The notes beneath the pieces are model-generated. The model was not told the DNA's origin, made no database searches, and was given only the letters and a program-made list of their open reading frames with translations. DNA of 64,000 nucleotides from Minisyncoccota bacterium (GTDB taxonomy: Bacteria; Patescibacteriota; Minisyncoccia; UBA6257). This document shows, piece after piece, positions 18,900-28,208 of this stretch. Numbering within the stretch: position 1 is the first letter of the stretch; the number at the start of each line of letters is the position of its first letter. The translations under genes were made by a program, and so were the position numbers. The stretch covers positions 80,492 to 144,491 of the forward strand of contig JAQVJU010000001.1 in the NCBI GenBank assembly GCA_028694995.1, read 5' to 3'.

Positions 18900-19583
18900 T
18901 TATTGGGTTTTGTTATTATTTATAACAATTTCTTGTTTTTTTCTGAATTTAATAAAAAACTCTTGCGAGATATTAACTAAGCTAAAACCAATCCAATAAA
19001 GAATAACAACTGCGGAGAATTTTTTATAAAAAAGCAAGATAATAAAAGGTAAAAGAAGCATCATTGTTTTGTTTTGTCCAACTGAAGATTGGGAAAAAGC
19101 TAAAGTTGAATTTAAAGAAGCAGATACAATAGCTAAAATCAAACTAGGCATTTTTAAATCAATTAATCCTAGAAACAAATAGTTTATTTCCGTATTTAAC
19201 TTAATAAATGGATAAAGAAATGAGGACCAATCACTATTAATAGCCTGGTTAAAAAATGCAAATAAAATTAAAAAAATAAAGAGTTGGGCGATCAAAAAAA
19301 GATAAGCCCCTCCTAAACTAACGTTTTCTTCCTGAAATATCTTCATCACTTCTTGATTTGCTTTTACTGGATCTTGTTTGTATTTATTCTGAATTTCTTT
19401 AACTTTTGGCTGTAATTGAGATATCTTTTTTTGACTATCCATTGCTTTTTGGTGCCAGGGCCAGATAATCAAACGAATTAAAGCTGCTAAAACTAAAATT
19501 GCCCATCCTAATTCACCCTGAAAGATATTTAGGAAAATAGTTAAAATATTGTACAGAGGTTGATAAATTAATAATTGAATCAT
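18900..19583 (-). CDS. yidC: Membrane protein insertase YidC/Oxa1 (short form)
   Basis: It has the short Gram-positive-type YidC TM pattern. Its context is rnpA-yidC-jag. Confidence 0.8.
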   Translation of the reverse strand: MIQLLIYQPLYNILTIFLNIFQGELGWAILVLAALIRLIIWPWHQKAMDSQKKISQLQPKVKEIQNKYKQDPVKANQEVMKIFQEENVSLGGAYLFLIAQLFIFLILFAFFNQAINSDWSSFLYPFIKLNTEINYLFLGLIDLKMPSLILAIVSASLNSTLAFSQSSVGQNKTMMLLLPFIILLFYKKFSAVVILYWIGFSLVNISQEFFIKFRKKQEIVINNNKTQ

Positions 19584-19586
19584 TTT

Positions 19587-19919
19587 TTATAATATTCTTA
19601 ATAAAAATTCTTTGAGTTGAGTTTGTAATTCTTGAAAACTTAAATCAAGACAACCTTTTTTAATGTAAACAAGAACATCAAAACCTTTGGGAAGAGAATT
19701 TATTAATTCTCTTAAAATATTTTTTACTCTTCTTTTTATTAAATTTCTTTTTACTGCCAAACGATAATTTTTTGAACTAACAATAACTGCAAAACGGGAT
19801 TTTTTAAGATTGTTCTTAAGAAACAAAACTCTAAAATATGAATGTTCTTTTCTTTGGCCTCGTTGCAGAATTTCTTTGAAAATAATAGAAGAATTAATTC
19901 TATTACTCTTAGGCAACAT
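19587..19919 (-). CDS. rnpA: Ribonuclease P protein component
   Basis: The 110 aa basic protein has the FAVIVSSKNYRLAVKRNLIKRRVKNILREL motif. It sits between rpmH and yidC. Confidence 0.75.
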   Translation of the reverse strand: MLPKSNRINSSIIFKEILQRGQRKEHSYFRVLFLKNNLKKSRFAVIVSSKNYRLAVKRNLIKRRVKNILRELINSLPKGFDVLVYIKKGCLDLSFQELQTQLKEFLLRIL

Positions 19920-19967
19920 TGATTATTTTATTATAAAAAAACTTGAGCTATTAAAGGCAGCTCAAAT

Positions 19968-20102
19968 TTAAGGACTGAGTTTTTTTCTTTTCTTTCTACG
20001 TCGTTGAGTGATAATTTTTTTCCCACCAGGAGAAGACATTCTTTTTAAAAATCCATGCGTTCGGGCTCTTTTTTTCTTTTTGGGTTGATAGGTGACAGAC
20101 AT
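19968..20102 (-). CDS. rpmH: 50S ribosomal protein L34
   Basis: Manual translation of the minus strand gives [44 protein letters not shown] (44 aa). It is below the ORF-track size cutoff. Confidence 0.85.
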   Translation of the reverse strand: MSVTYQPKKKKRARTHGFLKRMSSPGGKKIITQRRRKKRKKLSP

Positions 20103-20299
20103 TTTAAATTAATTAAATTATATTTATTTAGAAAACTTCTTTAGCATCTAATAGCATAACAAAATCTTTGTATAATATCAAATTCACTAATTATCAACAC
20201 CTTATCCACTAAACTGGTTGTAAAATTTGGAAGAAGAATTAATTTGTTTTATACTTATATTAACTTTTGTTAATTATTATTGTTATTTAAATTTATTTT
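20103..20299. promoter_or_regulatory. Divergent rpmH/dnaA promoter region with DnaA-box-like sites
   Basis: TTATCAACA sits at 20191-20199 and TTATCCACT at 20202-20210. The region is AT-rich. Confidence 0.45.
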
Positions 20300-21670
20300 A
20301 TGGATTTTCAAGAGCTCTGGGAATCAGCTTTAGGAGAAATAAAATTAAATATTTCTAAAGCTAATTATTTAACTTGGCTTAAAGACGCTTTTATTGTGGA
20401 TTTTAAGGAAAGTACTATTTTCTTAGGCGTCCCTTCTAATTTTACAAAAGAATGGTTAAAGAATAAATACAATAAACAAATCTTAGGCGCTCTTTGTAAT
20501 TTAGAACCCACAATAAAACAAATTGAATACATTGTGACTACAGACAAGACCGCTCTAAAGAAAATTAGTCAGGTTAAAAAAAAGCAATCTATTCAATCAA
20601 AAAAAACATCTGTTCTTGATGAACCTTTGGAATTTAATATTGATCCAGATACTAATTTAAATCCTAAATATACTTTTGAAAATTTTATTGTGGGTACTAA
20701 TAATGAATTGGCTAATGCTGCTGCTTTAGCCATTACAGAAAACTTAGGTAGTAAATACAATCCTTTGTTTATTTATGGCGGTGTCGGATTAGGGAAAACC
20801 CATTTATTACAGGCAATTGGTAATCGATTAAAATCAGAAAATAAAAAACTAAAAATTAAATATGCTTCTTCTGAAAAATTCACTGATGAGCTTATTAATG
20901 CTATTCGTAATCAGAAAATGACTGATTTTAAAAAAAGTTTCCGTAATTTAGACTTACTTTTAATAGATGATATTCAGTTTATTGCTGGAAAAGATAAAAC
21001 TCAAGAAGAACTCTTTCATACTTTTAATAATCTGCATGGAAAAAACAAACAAATTGTTTTTACTTCTGATCGGCCACCAAAATCCATTCCTTCAATTGAA
21101 GAACGTTTAAGATCTCGTTTTGAAGGAGGGATGATTGCTGATATTGGTTATCCTGATTTTGAAACTCGTTTGGCTATTTTAAAAGCCAAAAGTCAGGAAG
21201 TCAGTCATTTAATTGGAGAAGATGTTTTAAAATATATTGCTGAAACTATTTCTCGTAATATTAGAGAATTAGAAGGAGCTCTTAATAGAGTTATTGTTCA
21301 TGCTCGATTAAAAAATGGAATGATTACCATAGATGAAGTAAAAAAAATCTTATCTTCAATTTTAAATAAGGCTAATCAATATATTCCACCTAAGGAAGTT
21401 ATAAAAAAAATTGCCTCTTTTTATGACTTAAGTGAAAGTGAAATTTTAGGACATTCAAAAAAGAAAGAATTAGTAAAACCAAGACAAATTGTAATGTATC
21501 TTTTAAGAGAAGAATTTAAATATTCTTACACTAATATTGCTGAGAAAATAGGGAATCGAGATCATACTACAATTATCCATGCTTATAAAAAAATTGATAA
21601 AGAAATAGAAGAAAATCCAGTATTTGCTCAAGAAGTAAATATCTTAAAAGAGATAATTTATAACAAATAA
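20300..21670 (+). CDS. dnaA: Chromosomal replication initiator protein DnaA
   Basis: It has AAA+ motifs (GGVGLGKTHLLQAIGN, LLLIDDIQFIAGK) and a C-terminal DNA-binding domain. Confidence 0.95.
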   Translation: MDFQELWESALGEIKLNISKANYLTWLKDAFIVDFKESTIFLGVPSNFTKEWLKNKYNKQILGALCNLEPTIKQIEYIVTTDKTALKKISQVKKKQSIQSKKTSVLDEPLEFNIDPDTNLNPKYTFENFIVGTNNELANAAALAITENLGSKYNPLFIYGGVGLGKTHLLQAIGNRLKSENKKLKIKYASSEKFTDELINAIRNQKMTDFKKSFRNLDLLLIDDIQFIAGKDKTQEELFHTFNNLHGKNKQIVFTSDRPPKSIPSIEERLRSRFEGGMIADIGYPDFETRLAILKAKSQEVSHLIGEDVLKYIAETISRNIRELEGALNRVIVHARLKNGMITIDEVKKILSSILNKANQYIPPKEVIKKIASFYDLSESEILGHSKKKELVKPRQIVMYLLREEFKYSYTNIAEKIGNRDHTTIIHAYKKIDKEIEENPVFAQEVNILKEIIYNK

Positions 21671-21939
21671 TTCCTTGTTGATATTTGGTGAATAAATTGT
21701 GTTTTAAAAGTGAGTCTTCTGTTGTATAAACTAAGTAAATCATTTTCATCTATTTTAACCCACTTTTTATTCTCAAAATATCCAATAGTTTTCAACATTT
21801 TATCCCTATATTAATTCATTAGAAAAGACTTAATAAAAACATTAAAAACATTTATCCCCAAAAAAAACAAGTTCTTAATAATAACAATAATTTATATTAT
21901 ATATTAATTTATTATTAAAAAATTAAAATAATTAAAAAT
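21671..21939. promoter_or_regulatory. Putative oriC (dnaA-dnaN spacer): DnaA boxes plus AT-rich unwinding element
   Basis: TTATCCCTA sits at 21799-21807 and TTATCCCCA at 21852-21860. A nearly pure A/T stretch lies at about 21880-21935. Confidence 0.5.
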
Positions 21940-23076
21940 ATGAAATTTACTACTTTAGTGGAAACAATTAAAAAAGCAATTAATTCTGCTGAGAAAATAA
22001 CCGGGAAAAATTTAACCCTTCCTGTTTTAAGTAATATCCTTTTAAAAACAAATACAAATAAACTTCATATCTTTGCCACTGATTTGGAAATTGGAATTGA
22101 GTTAGTGATTACTGGAAAAACTGAAAAAGAAGGTAAGTTTGTTATTCCAGCTAAAACTTTTTCTAATTTCTTGAATAATCTTTCAGAAGAAAAGATAAGT
22201 TTGGAAGAAAAAAACAATAATCTGATTGTTAAAAGCGGAAAATACAATACAACTTTTCAGGGATTTAATCCTGAAGAATTTCCTATTATCCCAGAAACAA
22301 AAGCAGATAAGTATATAGAAATAGGAAAAAGTGATTTTGAACAAGCTCTAATTCAGATTTTACCAAGTGTGAGTTATTCTTCTCCTAAGGCTGAATTAAA
22401 TGGAGTTTTGTTTAAATTAGAAATCTCAGAAAGTAAAAATACATTAAAATTAGTGGGCACAGATAGTTTTCGTTTAGCAGAAAAAATATTTCCTTCTTCT
22501 CAAGTAAAAACAAATATTAAAAATGATATTGAAGTAATTATTCCTTTAAGAACCGCTCAAGAAGTTTTAAGATTAGTTCAAGAGAATATGGAAAATGATG
22601 AATCTTTAATTAGAATAACTCCTGAATCAAATCAAATTCAATTTTCTTTTTCTAATATTCGGGTTATTTCACGCTTAATCAATGCTGATTATCCAAAATA
22701 TTCCTCAATTATTCCTAAGGATTTTGAGAATAAAATTATCTTTGAAAAAAAAGAATTAGCTGAAGCAGTGAAGATAGTGGGTTTATTCAGTGGTCGGGTT
22801 AATGATGTTAAATTCAGTTTTAATCCTGATAAAAAAGAGATTATTCTTGAAGCTCAAGATCTGTCTTTAGGTAAAAGCCAAACGGTATTAACCCCAAAAG
22901 AAATATCAGGCAATGCTTTAGAAATCAGTTTTAATTACAGGTTCTTACTAGATGGATTAAATGCTATCAAGAACGAAGAAGTTTTTATTGGTTTGAATAA
23001 AGAATCAAATCCTGGATTGATTAGAGATAAAGATAGTGATAATTTTGTATATATCTTAATGCCGATAAAGATTTAA
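21940..23076 (+). CDS. dnaN: DNA polymerase III beta sliding clamp
   Basis: The 378 aa protein has a three-domain clamp pattern. It is positioned after dnaA. Confidence 0.9.
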   Translation: MKFTTLVETIKKAINSAEKITGKNLTLPVLSNILLKTNTNKLHIFATDLEIGIELVITGKTEKEGKFVIPAKTFSNFLNNLSEEKISLEEKNNNLIVKSGKYNTTFQGFNPEEFPIIPETKADKYIEIGKSDFEQALIQILPSVSYSSPKAELNGVLFKLEISESKNTLKLVGTDSFRLAEKIFPSSQVKTNIKNDIEVIIPLRTAQEVLRLVQENMENDESLIRITPESNQIQFSFSNIRVISRLINADYPKYSSIIPKDFENKIIFEKKELAEAVKIVGLFSGRVNDVKFSFNPDKKEIILEAQDLSLGKSQTVLTPKEISGNALEISFNYRFLLDGLNAIKNEEVFIGLNKESNPGLIRDKDSDNFVYILMPIKI

Positions 23077-23080
23077 ATCT

Positions 23081-23377
23081 GTGGCTTTTATTCCAATTAA
23101 AAATATTCTAAATTCTTGGTTACAAGCTGATAAATTTAAATCAGTTATTTCTGGACGTCAGGTGGTTAGTTTAGCTAATCAATATTTTAGAGATAATAAA
23201 AAATGGCCTTCTAATGCAATTCGGGCCATTTCTTTTGATAAGGGACGTTTGACTATTCAATGTTTTCAAAATGTTATTTCATCAGAATTACGTTTAGATG
23301 AATTGAATTTCAGAAAATACTTGGAGGAAAAAGTTCCTGGGATTAAAATTAATAAAATTTTCTATAAAATTAAATAG
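23081..23377 (+). CDS. DUF721-family protein (DciA-like helicase-loader candidate)
   Basis: The small protein lies in the dnaN-downstream position typical of DUF721/DciA. The assignment comes from size and context. Confidence 0.4.
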   Translation: MAFIPIKNILNSWLQADKFKSVISGRQVVSLANQYFRDNKKWPSNAIRAISFDKGRLTIQCFQNVISSELRLDELNFRKYLEEKVPGIKINKIFYKIK

Positions 23378-23379
23378 AA

Positions 23380-25878
23380 TTATTTAAAGATAATGATAGA
23401 GTTTTCACCTTTTTGATTGAAGCTGTCCAAGGCTTCAATTTTAATTTCATTTTGACTAGTTAATTCATGCCAGTTAATCCTATAGGTATATTTATTATCT
23501 TCTGTTTTATTTAAAGAGCCTAAGAGTTTTTGATTTAAATAAATTTTAGTATCAATAATTCTATCTGTACTATTAATTTCTATTTCAATATTAAAATCTG
23601 AACTGACAAAAACACCATTGTCTGGAGAGATAAATTCTATTTGAGGGAGATCAGGAAATTCAATAATCTCTTCATTTTTTTGAATGGGTTTAAGGGGAAT
23701 ATATTCTGGTCCTAAGTTTTGATTATATTCTGTATCAAAATTAGGAATATTTCTCTGGGCCCATAAAAGAACTGGAGTTTCCCAGACCCAAAATTGAGAA
23801 TCACTAAGAGGATTAAGAGGAGGAGAATCCAAAAGATTGTTTTTATTGACATAATAAAGGATATTATGAACTTCTTTATTAATGATAATTTCTTCAGTAT
23901 TGATGTTTTTGTATTCTTGAGAACTGATATATTGACCATTAAGCATAGGGATGGAAGATCTAATAATATCTTCAGAAGTATAGGGTAAAGGTTTGTTAAA
24001 TGTTCCTGGGGGATAAAATTGAATGGCTTTTTCCATAAATTCATGCCAACAAGGAGCGGCTAGCATAGCGCCAGGGGCTCCAGTTTGACTAACAATTGAC
24101 CGGTCATTATTACCTACCCAAACCCCAGCAGTCAATGAAGTGGTATAACCAACAGTCCAGGCGTCACGATATTCAGAATCAGTACCAGTTTTAGCCGCTA
24201 CTTGGAAATTATTAAAATGCAATGGGTTATCCCAACTAAAGGTAGGGGCTCGAGCACTATTATCTGAAAGCACATCAGTGATTAAGCGAGCAGTTTGAAC
24301 ATTGATAACTTGTTTTTGTTCTAATGTAAATTCTTCCATAATTACTCCTTGACTATCTTTTATTTGAAGAATAGAGCTTTGGGGATGGAAAATTCCATCT
24401 TGATTGAAAACTGAATAAGCATGGACTAATTCAGTTAATTTAATACCACCACCACCTAAAACCAAACTTAATCCATAATGTTGGGGAGAATCAGTAAGAG
24501 TGGTAATGCCAAATTTTTTTGCACTATCAATAGTGTTTTGAACACCAGCTAAATACAATACTTTAACTGCAGGAATATTCAAAGATTCAGCTAAAGCAGT
24601 GCGTAAACTTACTGGTCCTCTAGTCTTACTGTCATAATTAGTAACTAGATATGGTGATTGAGGATTAGTAGAGAAATTAGCAGTGCGGCCATCAATGGCC
24701 ACATCAAAAACAATATTTTCTGGTAAAAATCCTTTTTCAAAAAGAGTGGCATAGACAATAGGTTTAAAAGAAGAACCAGGTTGACGGGTGCTCAGGGTTG
24801 TATTGACGTTTCCTTCAGCCTCTATATCCCAATAATCTCTTGAGCCTACCATGGCTAAAATCTGACCAGTATTTGGGTCTTCAGCAAGAAAGCCCATATT
24901 TTTAGCGCCTACTTGTTTTTCATTAAAATCACCATATTTTTCTACCAGATCCTCAGCTAAATTCTGAAGATTCATATCCAAGGTAGTAATAATGGTATAG
25001 CCTCCTTTTTCCAATTCTTCTTCACTGAATTTTTCATAAAGCAAACCGCGAACATACATTACAAAATGGGGGGCTAAGAATTCTCCTTTATCTGAAGGGC
25101 TGAAAACAACTTTTTCTTGGCGGGCATTTTCTACTTCTTCTTTGGAATAATACTCCAGAAGTTCAATTCTGGATAAAATCCATTCTTTTCTTGACTCTAA
25201 ATCCTCAAGATGATTGCCAAAAGGAGATAAGTAATTAGGAGATTGAATAAGGGCAATTAAATAAGTGGCTTCTGCTAAGGTAAGATTTTCTGCTTCTTTG
25301 TTAAAGTAAAATTTACTGGCAGATTCAATACCATAAACATTATGGCCAAAATTTATTTGATTAAGATAGAGTTCTATAATCTCATCTTTAGAATAATTTT
25401 TTTCAATTTTTATTGTTAAAAGCGCTTCACGAATCTTTCTGACCATTGTTTTATCAAGGGTTAGGAAAGCGTTTCGGGCTAATTGTTGAGTGATTGTTGA
25501 GCCTCCACGAAGTTGAGAAGGATTTAGTAAATTTTGAATCATTGCTCGGGCAAAACCTTTGATTGAAAAACCATGATGTTTGTAAAAATTATGGTCTTCA
25601 GCTGCTAAAACAGCTTTAAGAACATAGGGAGAAATTTTTTCTAAACTCACTACAGTTCTTTTTTCACCGCCATGGATTTCATAAAGCAAAATCTTTCCTG
25701 TGCGGTCATAGATTTTAGTTGATTGGGGCACAACCCGATCATCAAAAGCAGAAGGGTCAGGTAATCCCTGAGCAAGGAAAAACACAAACAAACCAGCAAA
25801 AACACAGGCAATAATTAATATTAATCCAATAAGGGAAAAAGTTTTTTTAGTCATTTTAATGTTTTGTTTTTGAATCAT
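23380..25878 (-). CDS. Class A penicillin-binding protein (transglycosylase/transpeptidase) with C-terminal extension
   Basis: It has an N-terminal TM helix, GT51 motifs (AEDHNFYKHHGF, GGSTITQQLARN) and transpeptidase SxxK (SRQPGSSFKP). Confidence 0.85.
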   Translation of the reverse strand: MIQKQNIKMTKKTFSLIGLILIIACVFAGLFVFFLAQGLPDPSAFDDRVVPQSTKIYDRTGKILLYEIHGGEKRTVVSLEKISPYVLKAVLAAEDHNFYKHHGFSIKGFARAMIQNLLNPSQLRGGSTITQQLARNAFLTLDKTMVRKIREALLTIKIEKNYSKDEIIELYLNQINFGHNVYGIESASKFYFNKEAENLTLAEATYLIALIQSPNYLSPFGNHLEDLESRKEWILSRIELLEYYSKEEVENARQEKVVFSPSDKGEFLAPHFVMYVRGLLYEKFSEEELEKGGYTIITTLDMNLQNLAEDLVEKYGDFNEKQVGAKNMGFLAEDPNTGQILAMVGSRDYWDIEAEGNVNTTLSTRQPGSSFKPIVYATLFEKGFLPENIVFDVAIDGRTANFSTNPQSPYLVTNYDSKTRGPVSLRTALAESLNIPAVKVLYLAGVQNTIDSAKKFGITTLTDSPQHYGLSLVLGGGGIKLTELVHAYSVFNQDGIFHPQSSILQIKDSQGVIMEEFTLEQKQVINVQTARLITDVLSDNSARAPTFSWDNPLHFNNFQVAAKTGTDSEYRDAWTVGYTTSLTAGVWVGNNDRSIVSQTGAPGAMLAAPCWHEFMEKAIQFYPPGTFNKPLPYTSEDIIRSSIPMLNGQYISSQEYKNINTEEIIINKEVHNILYYVNKNNLLDSPPLNPLSDSQFWVWETPVLLWAQRNIPNFDTEYNQNLGPEYIPLKPIQKNEEIIEFPDLPQIEFISPDNGVFVSSDFNIEIEINSTDRIIDTKIYLNQKLLGSLNKTEDNKYTYRINWHELTSQNEIKIEALDSFNQKGENSIIIFK

Positions 25879-26341
25879 TGAGTTTATTAATACCGGCTAA
25901 GGCCACAGCTAAGGCATCAGCTATATCATCAGGTTTGGGCATTACTTCTAAAGAAAAAAAACATTGAATAGTTTTTTGAACGTCTTTTTTATCTGCCCGG
26001 CCATAACCAATTAAGTTTCGTTTAATTTCTAATGGGGTTAATTCAATGTATGGTAGATGATTTTTTTCAAGAGTTAGAATAATAACACCAATAGCTTCAC
26101 TGACACTCATTACCGTTTTAGCATTTTTAAAAAAGAAAACCTTTTCAATGGCCACTATAGATGGTTGGTGTTCTTTTATGGCTTGATTTAGGTTTTTAGA
26201 TATTTTTAATAGTCTTTGGCCCTGAGTTGTTTTATTTGTTTCCCAACAACCATAATCAATTGGTTTGACATTGTTTTTAGTTGCTTTTAATACAGCCCAA
26301 CCAATACGAGTGGTGCCTGGATCAATGCCTAGGATAATCAT
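25856..26341 (-). CDS. ruvC: Crossover junction endodeoxyribonuclease RuvC
   Basis: It has MIILGIDPGTTRIGWAVL and the conserved acidic residues. Confidence 0.85.
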   Translation of the reverse strand: MIILGIDPGTTRIGWAVLKATKNNVKPIDYGCWETNKTTQGQRLLKISKNLNQAIKEHQPSIVAIEKVFFFKNAKTVMSVSEAIGVIILTLEKNHLPYIELTPLEIKRNLIGYGRADKKDVQKTIQCFFSLEVMPKPDDIADALAVALAGINKLNDSKTKH

Positions 26342-26349
26342 AAATTAAT

Positions 26350-27069
26350 TTATTGTACATTAGAATAAATTTCTTCCACATCATTATGTTCATCTAGTTC
26401 ATTAAATAATTGTTCTAATTTGTTTTTTATTTCAGGGTCAGTAATATTAATTGGTTGTTGGCTGATAAAATCAATTTCAGTTTTAAGAAATTCATCATTT
26501 ACATGTTCTGATAGGAAATTTTTCATCTGGGAGAAATTTTGAAAAGCAGTGTAAACAATTACTTGATTATCTTCTTCCTTAATTTCTTCAGCGCCTTTTT
26601 CTATTGCCGCTAAGGAAATTTCATCATTCCAGAATTTTTTTGGCAGAATAATTTTTCCCATTTCCTTAAATGACCATAAAACACTTCCGGTATCAGCCAT
26701 TTTAGCCTGATTTTTTTGTAAAATATGTTTTATCTTGGCAATAGTGCGGTTTTTATTATTAGTAATAGCTTGAATTAATAAGGCTGAACCTCCGGGAGCA
26801 TAAGCCTCACACATAATTTCTTCTAATTTTTCTCCTTCTTTTGTTTCTCCAGAGCCTCTTTTAATGGCTTTTTCTATATTCTCTTTAGGCATGCCTATTT
26901 CCTTAGCTTTATCAACAGCCATTCTTAATTTTGGATTTGACTCAATATCGCCGCTATCTTTAGCGGCAACAGTTATTAAAGCAGATAACTTAGAAAAAGC
27001 TTTACTCCTTTTTGGATCTTTGGCAGCTTTTTGATATTTTACTTTTGCCCATTTAGAATGTCCAGCCAT
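26350..27069 (-). CDS. YebC/PmpR-family transcriptional regulator
   Basis: It begins MAGHSKWAKVKYQKAAKD and has the family size. Confidence 0.85.
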   Translation of the reverse strand: MAGHSKWAKVKYQKAAKDPKRSKAFSKLSALITVAAKDSGDIESNPKLRMAVDKAKEIGMPKENIEKAIKRGSGETKEGEKLEEIMCEAYAPGGSALLIQAITNNKNRTIAKIKHILQKNQAKMADTGSVLWSFKEMGKIILPKKFWNDEISLAAIEKGAEEIKEEDNQVIVYTAFQNFSQMKNFLSEHVNDEFLKTEIDFISQQPINITDPEIKNKLEQLFNELDEHNDVEEIYSNVQ

Positions 27070-27200
27070 AATAAATAAAAATGAAATATTATTGAATTAA
27101 AATCAGTATATCTCTTTTTGGTGATTTGCGCAATTTATCTAATTTTTAGGGGTTGAAAAAAGCATCATTTTAGCGTAAACTTATAGATATAAGAAAAGAA

Positions 27201-28196
27201 ATGGATTTAGAAAAATTAGCGCAACAAGCTAAAACAAGTATTTCTTTAATAGAAGAATCGTCAGGATTAGAACAATGGCGGATTCAATATTTAGGGAGGA
27301 AAAGCGCCCTTTCTTTATTTTTTAATTCTTTAGCTCAATTATCTCCTGAAGAAAAAAAACATTTAGGAGGAAAAGCTAATAAGATTCATAAGGAATTAGT
27401 ATTATTGTATAAAAATAAAAAGGAAGAAATAGAGAAGAATATTTTTAAAAAAAAGGATAGTTTTCTAGATATTACCCAGCCAGGGGAAAAACAAATCTTA
27501 GGACATTTGCATCCCCTGACTTTAACAGCTAGGGAAATTATTTCTTCATTTGAAAAAATGGGTTTTTCAATTATTGAAGGACCAGAGATAGAAACTGAGT
27601 ATTATAATTTTGATGCTTTGAATATTCCTGAAGATCATCCAGCAAGAGAAATGTGGGATACGCTTTGGATAAAACCAAAAACCATAAAAGAAAAATCAAG
27701 ATTGTTATTAAGAACGCATACTAGTCCGATGCAGATGCGTTATATGGAAAAACATCAACCGCCATTTCGTATTATTGTGCCTGGAAAATGCTTTCGTTAT
27801 GAGGCCACTGATGCTTCTCATGAAATTCAGTTTTTTCAGATAGAAGGATTAATGGTTGGAGAAAATATTACTCTGGCTAATTTTAAGGCGGTTATTAATG
27901 AATTAATGAAAAATATTTTCCAACAAGAAGTTGAAGTGCGTTTTAGACCTAGTTATTTTCCTTTTGTAGCTCCAGGCGTAGAAGTGGATATAAGGTTAAA
28001 AAATGGTGATTGGTTGGAAATTATGGGAGCAGGTATGGTGCACCCTGAATTATTTAAAAAAGCAGGTTATAAAAATAATCAATGGCAAGGATTTGCCTTT
28101 GGTTTAGGAATAGAAAGAATTGCTATGATTAAATACAAAATTAACGATATTAGGTTGTTTTTTAATTCAGATATTAGATTTCTTGAACAATTTTAA
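27201..28196 (+). CDS. pheS: Phenylalanine--tRNA ligase alpha subunit
   Basis: It has class II aaRS motifs (FRYEATDASHEIQFFQIEG, GFAFGLGIERI). Confidence 0.9.
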   Translation: MDLEKLAQQAKTSISLIEESSGLEQWRIQYLGRKSALSLFFNSLAQLSPEEKKHLGGKANKIHKELVLLYKNKKEEIEKNIFKKKDSFLDITQPGEKQILGHLHPLTLTAREIISSFEKMGFSIIEGPEIETEYYNFDALNIPEDHPAREMWDTLWIKPKTIKEKSRLLLRTHTSPMQMRYMEKHQPPFRIIVPGKCFRYEATDASHEIQFFQIEGLMVGENITLANFKAVINELMKNIFQQEVEVRFRPSYFPFVAPGVEVDIRLKNGDWLEIMGAGMVHPELFKKAGYKNNQWQGFAFGLGIERIAMIKYKINDIRLFFNSDIRFLEQF

Positions 28197-28208
28197 AATA
28201 TTCATACA

